A DNA stretch of 63,713 nucleotides, filler included, from Craspedostauros australis (lineage: Eukaryota): NCBI GenBank assembly GCA_030167865.1. It is 10 parts of 10 records of this genome, joined end to end, with 100 filler letters (N's around TTAATTAATTAA, not from the genome) between each part and the next. Parts side by side here need not be neighbours in the genome. Positions count along the whole stretch, not along the records: positions 12,345 to 31,818 come from JALAGF010003587.1; positions 31,919 to 36,851 come from JALAGF010003589.1; 8 more parts are not named here. One strand, 5' to 3'. Both the position numbers and the translations under genes were made by a program. Of the stretch, positions 24,388 to 35,332 are shown one piece after another (the stretch's first letter is position 1; every line of letters begins with the position of its first letter). Under the pieces are notes generated by a model. That model saw nothing but the letters and a program-made list of their open reading frames with translations. It searched no databases and had not been told where the DNA came from.

Positions 24388-27300
24388 CTACGACGAAGAA
24401 CTGTGCTCGGCATTGACATTAATCTCCATCGGTGGTTTCCAAATCTCAGAGCATCTGGTGTCGAGCTGAACGACCTTGCCGTCGGCGCCCCACTCTCGGT
24501 ACAGCACAGTGGCCTCGTCGAAGTGGAACTTGGCCGTGTCCTTATCGCCCCAGGCAATCCAGCGCTCCGCCAGTCGCTCATTCGCCAGTGCCTGGTCCTG
24601 GATGAGCCCACGTCGGCCGGCAAGCCGGATGGCATCCCGGAAAAAGCGATCGGCCTTCATCCTCTCTCCCTTGGCTGCCATTCGCTCTCCTTCCACCATC
24701 GACAAGTAATGGACGCAGTTGGGGTTGCCCTTCTTTCTCACCCACTCCTCCAGCTTCTTCATGCATTGCTTGCCCAATGTCCGGTACTTCTTGCCTTGCT
24801 GCGATCGCTTCGCGTCTTGCTTCGATATGGCGGCAAAGCACGACAGCGCGGCGCAGAAGGTCATGTACATGCATCCAGCCTGGCCAGCATGGTTCGTCAT
24901 GACGGCTTGGTATACGTCAATGCAAAGATCGGCAGCCAGCCTGAAATCGCCGTAGGTGACGGCAGCGTACACCTTGTTCCTCTTCACGAATGCTTCCATG
25001 TACACGTCTTTCTGCTCCGCGTACTTCTCCAACGCCTGGCGTTCATCGAAGATATCGCCAATCAGCAGAGTCTGGTTTTCCGACAGGCCGCGCAGGTTGG
25101 CGACCAGCTGCCAGAGCATGCACATGCTGTCGTGCATCTTGCTCTGCTCGAAGTCAAGCGCCATCTTGGTGTACGTCGCGATGTCTTCCTCCATCGATAT
25201 CAGCGACGACCCTGCGAGGTAGCACATGTCGAGGTTGAAATACATCGCCCAGCACCCGGATTCCACGTCGCCCGTTGCCATGCCGATGGAATGGGCCTTG
25301 ATCAGCTGCGGGATGCATTGCCGGAAGGGCATGGTCCAATTGAGCACGGATCCGTGGCACATGAAGGTCGTGCGGGCTTGCGATCCTCGGTTCTTGAGTC
25401 TCGGGAGCATGGACAGGGCCAGGTTGGCGCACTTCGATCCAGTCTCGAACTCGCCCAGCACAAATCCCAGCAGGAGCCCCAGGAGCAGCAACGAGGGTGG
25501 TGTGTAAGTCGAAATGCCATGTTCGAACGCACGGTCCACGCCCTTGAGGACGGCCAGTGGCATCAACTCTGGCAACGTCAAGTACGATGCAGTCACCAAC
25601 TTATCCAACGTCTTGGAAACGGCGCATTCTGTTTCATCCGCGAGCGGGATGGCATCAAAAGTCTCCATCGTCCATGTCTTGGCCATCGACTTGTACTTCA
25701 TCAGACCACGCAGGAGCGAGATGGTCCGACTTAGCGACCGCTTTGGGAACTTGCATCCGAATTCCCGCAGCACGCTCAGCCCCAACGACGTTGCATCCAC
25801 GGCGCGGTCGTGGGCCGCCTCGGCCAGCTGGATGTCCATGAAGATGTGTTGTACGCGGATCTTTTGCATCATTCCGATGCCTGGTTGCGAGATGACGTAG
25901 CTGCCGTGTTCTTTTGCCTTTTCGATCGCCGAGGAGATGAAGGCGCATTCGGTGAGGGAGGAATAGAGCTCCACGCGCATGTCGTCGTTCGCATCGCCAC
26001 GGGCGTTTGCATTTCTGGCATTCACGGTGCCGACGTTGCCGCTGCTATCTGCGTGACTGACTGCACCTTCGTCTGGCAACAGGTGCAGGGCGTTTTCGAA
26101 GAATTCCAGCGCAGACGCGAAAGCAGAGTACGAGATGGACTTGATGCCCGCATGACGGTTGAGGAGCGCGATACGGTGCCGCTCTGCTTGATCGGTCAGC
26201 AGATCCAGGTTGGTGTTGATCAAGTTGAGAAGCAAAAACAGGTGCTGCACTTCTTCCTCCTCTGGTTGGTGCTGATGCTGTGTGATCTTGCTGGCTGAAT
26301 CGGCGTGGGTGGATGTGGCCGCTCGGAGCAGAATTGTCCCCATGCGGAATTTCATCTCTTCTCCATGCACCTCCTCCAGGAGTTCATGCGCGGTCTCCTG
26401 TACGCGGTCATGGACGAAGGCGTAGACGATATCGCCATTTTCATCTGCTGTTTGGTTGACCGCATGCTGTGTGGGACCAGTGGCACTGGTGTTACCACCG
26501 TTGCCACCCATGTCAGTGTTGGTGGTCACAACGGCGTCCGTGACTTCTCCGAAATGCCTCGAGCTGATGACCTCGAGCAAACCTTGATCTTCGCACAGTT
26601 TCAAAATCTTGAGGCAGTCTTCGAAGCTGGGAACAGGCTGCTTGTAGATGGTTGTGTAAAAACTTTGGTGGTCGTCGTCGTTCTGGAAGCCTTGAAGGAT
26701 GGTCTTGGCCAGTGATGTGGTGAACGTGGTTCCGAGGCATGACAGCATGGGAAGGATGTGCTGGACGCCTGTCAGGTCGTTCAACTTTTGTTTCATGATG
26801 TCGACGACGTTGATTGTGGCTGGCATTTGCTCTCGGATGTCCTGGTCGTTCCAGATCCATCTATGCATGCCGACATTGTAAGCCAGGAGATCTTGGGATA
26901 TGAGCAGGAAGAGGAGTTGCTGGATAAAGAAGATGTTGCCATCTGTTTTGCGATGTACGATGTTTGCAAGCGACACTGTGGCCTCGAACGGATTTTCTGC
27001 TTGTGTTGATTCTGCTGCTGCTGCTGCTACTGCTGCTGCTGCTGTTGTGGCCTCGGAAGATTGCCCTGGCGAAGAGGTTGGTGAAAGCATGACTGCGGTG
27101 GAATGGGCCTTCTCTTGATTGAGCCAGAGTTGCAGCAAATTGTTGACTTGGTCCGGCGAGAGGTTGGAGATAGCGATGGGGATGACACGGACGGATCGAT
27201 CCCGCCTGCAGTCTTCGAGGACATTGAGGGTCTTGGAGATACTGGCATCTTGGGCATGGTTGGATCGGTAGCAAATCATGAGGAGCAATGCGACGATCGT

Positions 27301-28788
27301 GGTGTCCGACATCCACAGCAGAAGAAGGTCCAACGAAGCCGTGTCGGCCCATTGGATGTCGTCGCATACCATGATGACGGGGACAAAACGACAAACAATG
27401 GAGAGAAATGAACGCAACGCAAATCGAAATCGATCCGACATCTCCTTGTAGCCAGTCTCCGGAAGGTCGCCGCCGTTGTCGCCACTGCCGCCATTGACGA
27501 TGGCGGAGGTGAGCATGACGTTGCTTCGCTGCGAAGCAGATGGCGTCGCAGAAAATCCTGCGCCGTCATCATCGACACCAGTTTGCGATGGTCCTGCGGT
27601 GTCGTTGTGATAATGTCCGCGCATGGCTGCGTGCATAGAATCAGCGCCGATGACGTCCACCAAGTTGGGGATGAACTTGCACAGCCCAGCGACTTCGGTA
27701 GCATCCAATTCTGCCATCATGGCTTGGCGAACGTCTTTGAGGACATTTTGGGGTGATCCCTCGGGTGGTTCGACTTCTGTGCCTGTGCCTGTGCCGTTGG
27801 CCGCTCGAGCATCGGTGGCAAAGTCCGCAGTGGCATCCTGGGCAAATGATTGGGCATTCATGGAAGATAGCTGATGGCAGATGTCAACGCAAATCGCGCG
27901 GATGCCGGAGTATGGCTCCGCGTAGGTGGTCTGGAACTTGCAGAAGGCGTAGATATGTCCACGAGCACGAGCACGCGCACGAGCGGGGTCGATTGCGGGA
28001 TTGGGAGAGGCGTGTCGTCTGGCCTGCTCCTGTACGTAGGAGGTGGCGAGAGTCGACTTGCCGCTCCCGGAGAGCCCGGAGAGCGGAATGCAGGTCTTGA
28101 TGATGTTGGATTCCCGGGCGGGGTCAAGCAGCTGCTGCACGGCACGGTCGATGGTGCGCTGCTCCTTGTGCCGTTCGAAGTAGGTCTGCGAGATGTTGGA
28201 TTGCAGTCTTGATTGGGAGAATTGGACGAGCTTGAGCGAACTGGCCGTCGAGGACTGGGTTGCGAGCCTCGCCTCTCCGCTCCGTGACGTGCGAGCGGTG
28301 GGCTCCGTCTGTCCAGTACGCGCAGTATGTCCAGTGCGTCCCGTGAGTCCAGTTCGCCCAGTGCGTCCAGTGCGTCCAGTGCTTCCGGAATGCGCTGTCC
28401 CGGCGAAGGTGGAGTCCGCGGAGCTGCCCAATGACAGTCTGCTGGCTGTCGTGGTGCTGCGCGGGCTGTGGAAGGTCCCTCGCGAGAAGTGGTTGGACGG
28501 CTCGTTGACGTGGATGGGCAAGGGCAAGGGCGAGGTGGTTGTCAGGTGGCTGGCCGAGTCGTCCGTCAGCTCGAGATTGTGGCCGCGACCCTGGCCATGG
28601 GTGAAGCTCTGTCTGTGGCCGTGGTCGTGGCTGTTGCCGATGCTGGCACTGGTGCTGCTGGTCATGCTCTGCATGTCGTCGGTTCGCGCGGAAATGCCGA
28701 TGGAGGAGGCCTTGCCGGTGGGCTTCCTAATGTCTCCACGTTGGGCATCGCGATCATCCGCGGTGGCAGATGTCATCTTGGTTAGCAT
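24388..28788 (-). CDS. STAND-class P-loop ATPase (AAA_16/COG3899-like) with C-terminal TPR-like helical region, 1466 aa
   Basis: Walker A GLSGSGKS, Walker B VIMVCDDIQWAD, KTDGNIFF, FVHDRVQETA, and C-terminal A.YREWGA.GK. The N-terminus is low complexity with (TGR)n. Confidence 0.9.
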   Translation of the reverse strand: MLTKMTSATADDRDAQRGDIRKPTGKASSIGISARTDDMQSMTSSTSASIGNSHDHGHRQSFTHGQGRGHNLELTDDSASHLTTTSPLPLPIHVNEPSNHFSRGTFHSPRSTTTASRLSLGSSADSTFAGTAHSGSTGRTGRTGRTGLTGRTGHTARTGQTEPTARTSRSGEARLATQSSTASSLKLVQFSQSRLQSNISQTYFERHKEQRTIDRAVQQLLDPARESNIIKTCIPLSGLSGSGKSTLATSYVQEQARRHASPNPAIDPARARARARGHIYAFCKFQTTYAEPYSGIRAICVDICHQLSSMNAQSFAQDATADFATDARAANGTGTGTEVEPPEGSPQNVLKDVRQAMMAELDATEVAGLCKFIPNLVDVIGADSMHAAMRGHYHNDTAGPSQTGVDDDGAGFSATPSASQRSNVMLTSAIVNGGSGDNGGDLPETGYKEMSDRFRFALRSFLSIVCRFVPVIMVCDDIQWADTASLDLLLLWMSDTTIVALLLMICYRSNHAQDASISKTLNVLEDCRRDRSVRVIPIAISNLSPDQVNNLLQLWLNQEKAHSTAVMLSPTSSPGQSSEATTAAAAVAAAAAESTQAENPFEATVSLANIVHRKTDGNIFFIQQLLFLLISQDLLAYNVGMHRWIWNDQDIREQMPATINVVDIMKQKLNDLTGVQHILPMLSCLGTTFTTSLAKTILQGFQNDDDHQSFYTTIYKQPVPSFEDCLKILKLCEDQGLLEVISSRHFGEVTDAVVTTNTDMGGNGGNTSATGPTQHAVNQTADENGDIVYAFVHDRVQETAHELLEEVHGEEMKFRMGTILLRAATSTHADSASKITQHQHQPEEEEVQHLFLLLNLINTNLDLLTDQAERHRIALLNRHAGIKSISYSAFASALEFFENALHLLPDEGAVSHADSSGNVGTVNARNANARGDANDDMRVELYSSLTECAFISSAIEKAKEHGSYVISQPGIGMMQKIRVQHIFMDIQLAEAAHDRAVDATSLGLSVLREFGCKFPKRSLSRTISLLRGLMKYKSMAKTWTMETFDAIPLADETECAVSKTLDKLVTASYLTLPELMPLAVLKGVDRAFEHGISTYTPPSLLLLGLLLGFVLGEFETGSKCANLALSMLPRLKNRGSQARTTFMCHGSVLNWTMPFRQCIPQLIKAHSIGMATGDVESGCWAMYFNLDMCYLAGSSLISMEEDIATYTKMALDFEQSKMHDSMCMLWQLVANLRGLSENQTLLIGDIFDERQALEKYAEQKDVYMEAFVKRNKVYAAVTYGDFRLAADLCIDVYQAVMTNHAGQAGCMYMTFCAALSCFAAISKQDAKRSQQGKKYRTLGKQCMKKLEEWVRKKGNPNCVHYLSMVEGERMAAKGERMKADRFFRDAIRLAGRRGLIQDQALANERLAERWIAWGDKDTAKFHFDEATVLYREWGADGKVVQLDTRCSEIWKPPMEINVNAEHSSSS

Positions 28789-28959
28789 TCTTGTGTGCCG
28801 CCAGGGTGTGCCGTTGGCGCCAAGGTTGCTCTACTCGTGCTTCTGTAAAGTATGCTCTGGCGTCCCAGGACTCCACTTGACTCCACTTGGCTTCACTTCA
28901 CTCCAGAACACTCGTTGAATACAACCTAGAGGACCTTGGCTTCCAAAATTAAGTATCCT

Positions 28960-29077
28960 CCACGTCCACGTCCACGTCGCTCGTCTGACAGTATTGTGTG
29001 TCTTGTTGTGTCTTGCTTGGCCTGTCTGTGCACAAGTGAGCAAGAGTTGGGCAAGTTGGGCAAGTTGGGCAAGTTGG
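28960..29077. promoter_or_regulatory. Short tandem motifs upstream of the STAND ATPase: (CCACGT)x3 and (AGTTGGGCA)x3.7
   Basis: Visible 170-290 bp upstream of the ATG at 28788. A regulatory role is inferred only. Confidence 0.3.
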
Positions 29078-31918
29078 TACGAGTACGAGCTATGATTTCC
29101 CTGCAACTTATGAGCCAACACGGTGCAACGTCCTCGACTCTTTGGATGCCGTTCACTTCGGGCCCAAGAATCGCTTTGCGGGTCCAATGATGCCTCTCTA
29201 TTCCTGTGCCTGCTCCTCTGTTGTATTGCGGGGTGCGATGTAGAAGCGTGCTCTCTGTTGTGGACAAGGCAAATGCAAACAATGCGCCACTCCCTGTTCG
29301 AGGTTCTACTACTACTCTTGTCACTGTTGTCGTTACTCGCATCGGCGCAAGAGACGCGCGACTTTGTGTCGGTGTTTGTCATCGAATTTTGCGACAACGC
29401 GAAAGGACTGTGGGATTCTCCTCGCGGGCAAAGAATGCAAACAACACCGCGTCAGACGGGTCATTCCCGGACTTTCCGAAACAGATGGATTTGTCATCCT
29501 CGCCTCAATCTTGGGTTCGTTTGTGTCGCTTTGTTTGTTGTTTTGTTCCCAACAATCGGGGTATTTGTGGTAGCTTTGCACACATTTGGGGAGAACGCTA
29601 CCATGAATGCGGTTTTTCATGCTGCTGGAAGTGTCTTGTTCAAGAGGAGCTGACATGGGCATAGTCCGCGAATGTGGATGATGTCCTTGTGTTTGTGGCG
29701 AGAAGAGTTGAACAAGTCTTCGTCATAACAATAGTAATAGTACTTTACTGTGGGTGATGATGGTTACGTATTCCATGTTCTGGCACGGTTCCGGGAGGAG
29801 CCGCAAACCACGGCTCCTTTCTATCTCCCGAAGTCCTGCGCGACATGAGAGTTGTGTTTGACGTACGATCTAAGCGCAAAAGCATCATCAGCCGACCGTT
29901 TTTCTTCCGCTTTCTTTGTTTGCGACACAAAACCACACCAGCGACCATTGTTGTCGTTGGCAAAAAAACTCCAGGTGATGGATCACAAAGCACTCTCTCT
30001 CTCTCTCTCTTTCCGGAGAAGTTTGTTGTGTCTTGCGCTGCTTCTGGTGATGATGGTGATCGGAACCAGAATGTCGAAGATGACCTCGATACTTTGATGG
30101 GCGAGGTGACGTACAAGCACAGATGTCAAGTGATGAATGTACGATCAAAGAGAACAACCAGCGAACACAGATGGAGAGAAAAGATGGTTTTTGTGTATGG
30201 CATATTTTCAGTCTGCATGTCAACAGCGGAGGCTTCCATTCAAATTCTAGACAGAGACTCGATAGATGCTCTCGAAGATCTGTGCACCATTCCACATCTT
30301 GGTACCAACACGATGGATCCACCGATGGGACGACGACTGAGTCAAATGCTTTTGCCTCTGCTCACAATTCGCGGTTGCGTTCCATGTGTTGTCCTGCTCT
30401 GTGCTCCGAGTATGTTGACATGACGGTGCTTGGTTGGCACGGTTGTGAAGTGAATGGAATGATCTGAGTTGATCTGATTCAAGTCGAGTTGGGTTCGCCT
30501 CACATCACCTGAGATTGGGAGCGCTTCATCCCGACCATGTCCGATGGGTGCCTTTTGCGGCGCCAGGGCTTGGACAGTTGTTGGATCGTTGCCACTCATC
30601 CTGTTGTGTTCACATGAAGGTGGCATGTACAAGTCGATCGTAGTAGTACAGGTGACATGCATGCACCCATCGAAGCTCAATTTTGCATTGATGGCTTGTA
30701 CAGGTCGGCAAGAAAGAAGCCAGAAGCAGAACTTGCGGAAATGAACGTCAGTCGCGAGCATATGTATCGAATCCCGAATTCTGCAATTTTCGTGGTGGTT
30801 GTCCCAGAAACTATCAACGCGATCAGAATTCGCTTTGGAAGGGCAACTGCAAGGATGACCGCACATAAGCAGTCATTCCAAGACATGTCAAATAAGGCGC
30901 CCTTGTGAGAGTTCTTGTGGCTTCACTGGGGCAGCGTTTGACATGAGTCGCGGACGGACGAAGGACGGACGATGCGTGAGCAGTCGTGGAAGGGACGTTG
31001 GTGAAGAAAAGCCGTTGGTGGTGTTTTGGTGCGTGTCGAATGCGGTGTTCAGCGCTGTTTTCGCTGATGGAAGCGAGGCAGAACCTGCTTGTCCGTTTGG
31101 CAAGACCAAGGGGCAAGATTACCTCGCGGCAAGAACGACATGACGAAATGAGAAAGTGCGCTGGCTGCGATCTCTGGGTGAAAAAGCTCGTACTCTGCCG
31201 TCTGCTGAGACGCGGTGTCGATGGAGGGACATTTCTCCACACTCTATTCCCGCTGGGACAAGGTACTGTAGAATTCTATGTTTGTGTGTACAGAGCAATT
31301 GACGCCCAATGGGATAGTAGCCCGTTGCTACCTGTGGGTCACAAGACCGCATTTTCAGCTCCACGTTACCCTTCACACGCAGTGAGTAGCTCGTGCTTTA
31401 CGACCCCATTCAGGACAAAAAGGTAGTATCCTGCCGATTTTTTATCGGACAACATTACTTTTTTGGCAAACGATGTGCCGTGTTGTCCATTAGGNNNNNN
31501 NNNNNNNNNNNNNNNNNNNNNNNNNNNNTACCTGGCTGACTTGTCTTCAGCGTGGACGAAAATGCTGACGTCAACGACGGTCGATGTCAGACCACGATTG
31601 TATTCAATGGTGTGGATGGTGATGTTGTGGCAAATTCGGTGTCGCGTTGATTCCTCACGTTGTCGACGATTTGGCTCGGTTGCGTGTTTCCTCCTTCGGG
31701 CGTGTTGTGCAAAGCAGCACAGCGTTGGTGGTGACACCCCTGCGCGTCAGCTGCAACAGCAACATTTGCGAATACCACACAACACAGAATTATATTATAT
31801 AATGTCATGGAGCACACTNNNNNNNNNNNNNNNNNNNNNNNNNNNNNNNNNNNNNNNNNNNNTTAATTAATTAANNNNNNNNNNNNNNNNNNNNNNNNNN
31901 NNNNNNNNNNNNNNNNNN

Positions 31919-32650
31919 CTGGCACAATCCGAATGGGTGTACTGGGAGGCGCTGGGTCTGATCGTGGGCATGTTGGGAGTCATTCCACTCAGCGTCCATA
32001 CCATCCCGACACAGATCATCATGGCACTCTCCATGGGTCCATCTGGCACCAGCACGGCTTTGTCCATCCGCATGGGCGTCTTGCTTCCAATCAACGTACA
32101 GCGGGCAAAGCTGTTGGTGGCTGTCACCATGACGATTGCAACCGTCTGCTACTTCATCACGTCAGTGCTGGTCTATATCTTCCGGTTCGAGCTGTTCTCC
32201 ATCTTCACAACAGAACAGGAAGTCATCGATGGCGCGGACGAGATCTGGGTGAAGGTGTGCGGCTACGGCTTCTTCCTGATGGTGTTCCTCTGCTCCAACG
32301 GAATCGCCAACGGTCTGGGTTTGCAATGGACGTTGGGTGCGATCAATTTCTTCTTCCTGTGGGTGATTGGTCTCCCGGTCACATACTACGAGACGATCAT
32401 CCAAGGTCATGGTCTCAGCGCGACATGGACCTGGATCGTGGTGCCATACTTCGGCATCCTCGTGATTTTGTTCGGCACATTCGCAACCAAGGATTGGGAT
32501 GCGTTCAGCTTGGAGATCCAACAGAGAGAACGAATGGACGGAGCCGATGCTGATGCCGATGATGGTGTTGGCGTTGTTGGTGACGATGCGTCCGAAGCAA
32601 AACAGAACGATGGAGAATGCAACGAACGAACTCATTTGCTGATGGCATAA
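31919..32650 (+). CDS. MATE-family efflux transporter, C-terminal fragment (5' end lost at the spacer)
   Basis: SEWVYWEALGLIVGMLG, STALSIRMG, IFTTEQEVI and GIANGLGLQ match the C-terminal half of eukaryotic MATEs; ~6 TM helices. Confidence 0.88.
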   Translation: MAQSEWVYWEALGLIVGMLGVIPLSVHTIPTQIIMALSMGPSGTSTALSIRMGVLLPINVQRAKLLVAVTMTIATVCYFITSVLVYIFRFELFSIFTTEQEVIDGADEIWVKVCGYGFFLMVFLCSNGIANGLGLQWTLGAINFFFLWVIGLPVTYYETIIQGHGLSATWTWIVVPYFGILVILFGTFATKDWDAFSLEIQQRERMDGADADADDGVGVVGDDASEAKQNDGECNERTHLLMA

Positions 32651-33254
32651 ATTCGATATCGTACTAAACCTAATACAAATACATAATAGAATACCAACCA
32701 AATAATAAATGCGGATAGAGCAGAGCAAGATCGCCACACTATGAATGTTGATTGTTGATTAACTTCTTTCAATAGCACGAGTATGGGTGTCCGTCAGGAA
32801 TCGTGGGTACGACTTTGTCGAGGTACAAACCATTGCCGCATCCCCCAATGATACTAATCACGACTGAATGAAATCGACTCTTGTTGATCAAACTCGTGAC
32901 CCATCCCAAAAGTGCTCACTCCCAGTCGTGCCAACAAAGATAGCCTGTCCTCTTTTGGTCCAAGAACCATGACAATGTCAAACAGCAGCTCCCAACACAA
33001 ACCGACAAAACAGCAACCTAGTTGATGATGTCAGACTAGTGCCTCAAAGAGCCGGCTTTAGCCAACGCCATTGGCGATTATTGGCTGCAATTGGATCACA
33101 AAAACAGCTCTGTAGATCGTGGTACGATTTCCACATAAGTGCCGAACAAAAACAGGCTTACAAAAGCAGCATCAACCAAAGTTAAACTCTCCGGACTCAG
33201 CTCGTGTGCGTGTTGCTGTACTCATATTGTCATTATGCATCATATGGCGTTTAT

Positions 33255-35230
33255 CCCTTTACGACCGGAGCATAACGCCCATATTATGGGCGATATAATG
33301 ACACTAGTTGTTTTTTGAACGAATTTTCCCTACCAGGGCCTACGTGAAACCTAAGCCTGTACCCCTCACAACTAGTGTTATCGTGGGAAACAACTGATTT
33401 TTTGTTTGTGTCTGTTTCACTTCTTTCCATGGTATATATCCCAATGATCCCTAAAGACATAGACTTGGCAGAAGCTACACATCCTGGTAACCCGTTTAGG
33501 GTTGGTTCCCTCCTTGCCAGAAAGTCTTGCATTTGCAGCCAGAAATGCACATTTTCTGCACGTTTTTGCCCAATCTCCTTTCACAATAACTTGCTCATGT
33601 TCTCTGTCTTCTCCCATCAATCTCGCTTCTGGGAGGGTTGGGGCATTTGTGCTCATTCTGTGCCTTGTCACTATGAGTCTAGGTACCTGCAAAAACGATT
33701 TTGTGCCCCTTGAGCTCGATGTGGACAACTTCCTCACAAGGGATTCCACCATCTCCAGTGTGAATTCTTTTTGGGGCAACCTCTCCTCTTCGCCTGCCAG
33801 ATGACAATGACTGATCCATGCGTTCACTCTGAGCATATCCAGGAAAGGGAACATGAGTGGCATCCATATCCTCCTGCACCACATGTTTGGACGATGATAT
33901 GATATGAGCTGGTCACATCGGTCAACTCTGCCCTTCCAGTGATTGTAGTCATCAATCATTTTGGGAATGCGAATTCTCGCATTCCAATCATCTCCCCACA
34001 CTGTCTTCAGATGCTTCTTGTTGATCCGTGTCTCTCTGGGCTTGTGACGATCATGAACAACCGCCTCATTTCCATAGTGAACCGTGCTCACCATCAGGAC
34101 GACGTTGTTGTCCACCCACCGAGTCGCCACATGCTCATTTGGTTCGGTCCAGATGTACAAACTGTTGAACCTGTCATCCTCCACCTCCTTCACTGCCTTT
34201 GGAGGGAATCCGTTTCGATTGCGTGCTGTGCCCAAGATGCCAATGCCCATCTGTCTCGACCGCTGCAGAACTGTCTTGGTGGTGAAGAAGTTGTCCATGG
34301 TGACAACATGATGATGGCTTCAGTCAAGTTCATTCATCAACTCCTCCACAGTGTTGTTTATTCGTGTGGTCTTGTCAAGTCAAGCTACAGGTAGGATATG
34401 GTACATGAACCCAGTGCTTGAACAACACAATGCAAAGAATTTGAAGCCTTCTTTGATTGGCTTCTGCTTCATCCGATGTGTCTGGGCTGATTGACCTTTG
34501 AACTGCACCATCATTTCGTCAATGGCACATGCAGCTCCTGGTCTTGTACAGATGCGTTTCGACACTCGATTCGTGTGATTCAGGAGTGGCTGCACCTTCC
34601 GATACCATGATCGGGTCAACTGAACACTGTCACTGTCCGTTTTGGCCTTCTTTCGTGCTGGTGGTTTTGTATCCGAGGCTTCAGAATCGTTTGACTCTGT
34701 AGTGTGGATGTTCAATGAAGCTGTGCTGATGGATGACAATTCACTTCCTGATGCCATGGTTGTACTGCCTGCACATGCTTGCATGTCATATTCATCAACA
34801 TTGACCTGGATGGGTGTGGCAGAAGATGCTGTTGATCCGTTTTCATAGTCAGGAAGCTCTGCAGTGAAGTGGATGTGGCAGAAGATGATGTTGTATCGGT
34901 CCCTGCTCAGGTGAGTCATGAGTGTGTTTGATGGGACAGATACATGGGTGGCATGCCAAGAGTCCCTCTTGGATGGTGCAGTCCATACTCCCATGTAGTA
35001 ATACATTGCCAGGAATATGTAAAGCTTGGAAATTGTGATGGCAGGGGCCATGCTGCTGCTCTTCTGTAGATGGTTGTTGGAATGCCGTTGGATTCTATCC
35101 ATCAATGTAGATGGAAATATGATCTCCAGAAGGCTGTCCACTGTTGTCTTCACATTCCAGATGCCAGAAAATCTTGGTTTGTGATTTCCAATTAGTAGGG
35201 GAGAGTATGGAGGAGGAACTGTTGGATGAA
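33255..35230 (-). mobile_element. Decayed piggyBac-like DNA transposon with one terminus preserved
   Basis: Terminus TTAT|CCCTTTACGACC followed by the palindrome CGCCCATA-T-TATGGGCG (33276-33292), downstream of the transposase. The other end is replaced by a LINE-like sequence. Confidence 0.75.
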
Positions 35231-35273
35231 GAGGAGGTACCGGAGGAGTGGCATAGTTTCGGAACTCCGACAA
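33417..35273 (-). pseudogene. piggyBac transposase (DDE_Tnp_1_7-like) with two in-frame TGA stops (34382-34380, 34322-34320)
   Basis: AIDEMMVQFKG, KPIKEGFKFFALC, MDNFFTT, GTARNR, DYNHWKGRVDRCDQ and a C-terminal Cys-rich domain. The two listed ORFs are in the same frame. Confidence 0.9.
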
Positions 35274-35332
35274 ACCAAACCAAATAAAAACTAATTAATA
35301 CCCTAACACAACACAAACAACAGCAGAACAAA

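Noticed and set aside
31529..31710. U1 snRNA-like start (TACCTGGC after an N gap) with small hairpins
   Set aside because: No convincing U1-70K loop, U1A loop or Sm site; an Infernal RF00003 search would settle it.
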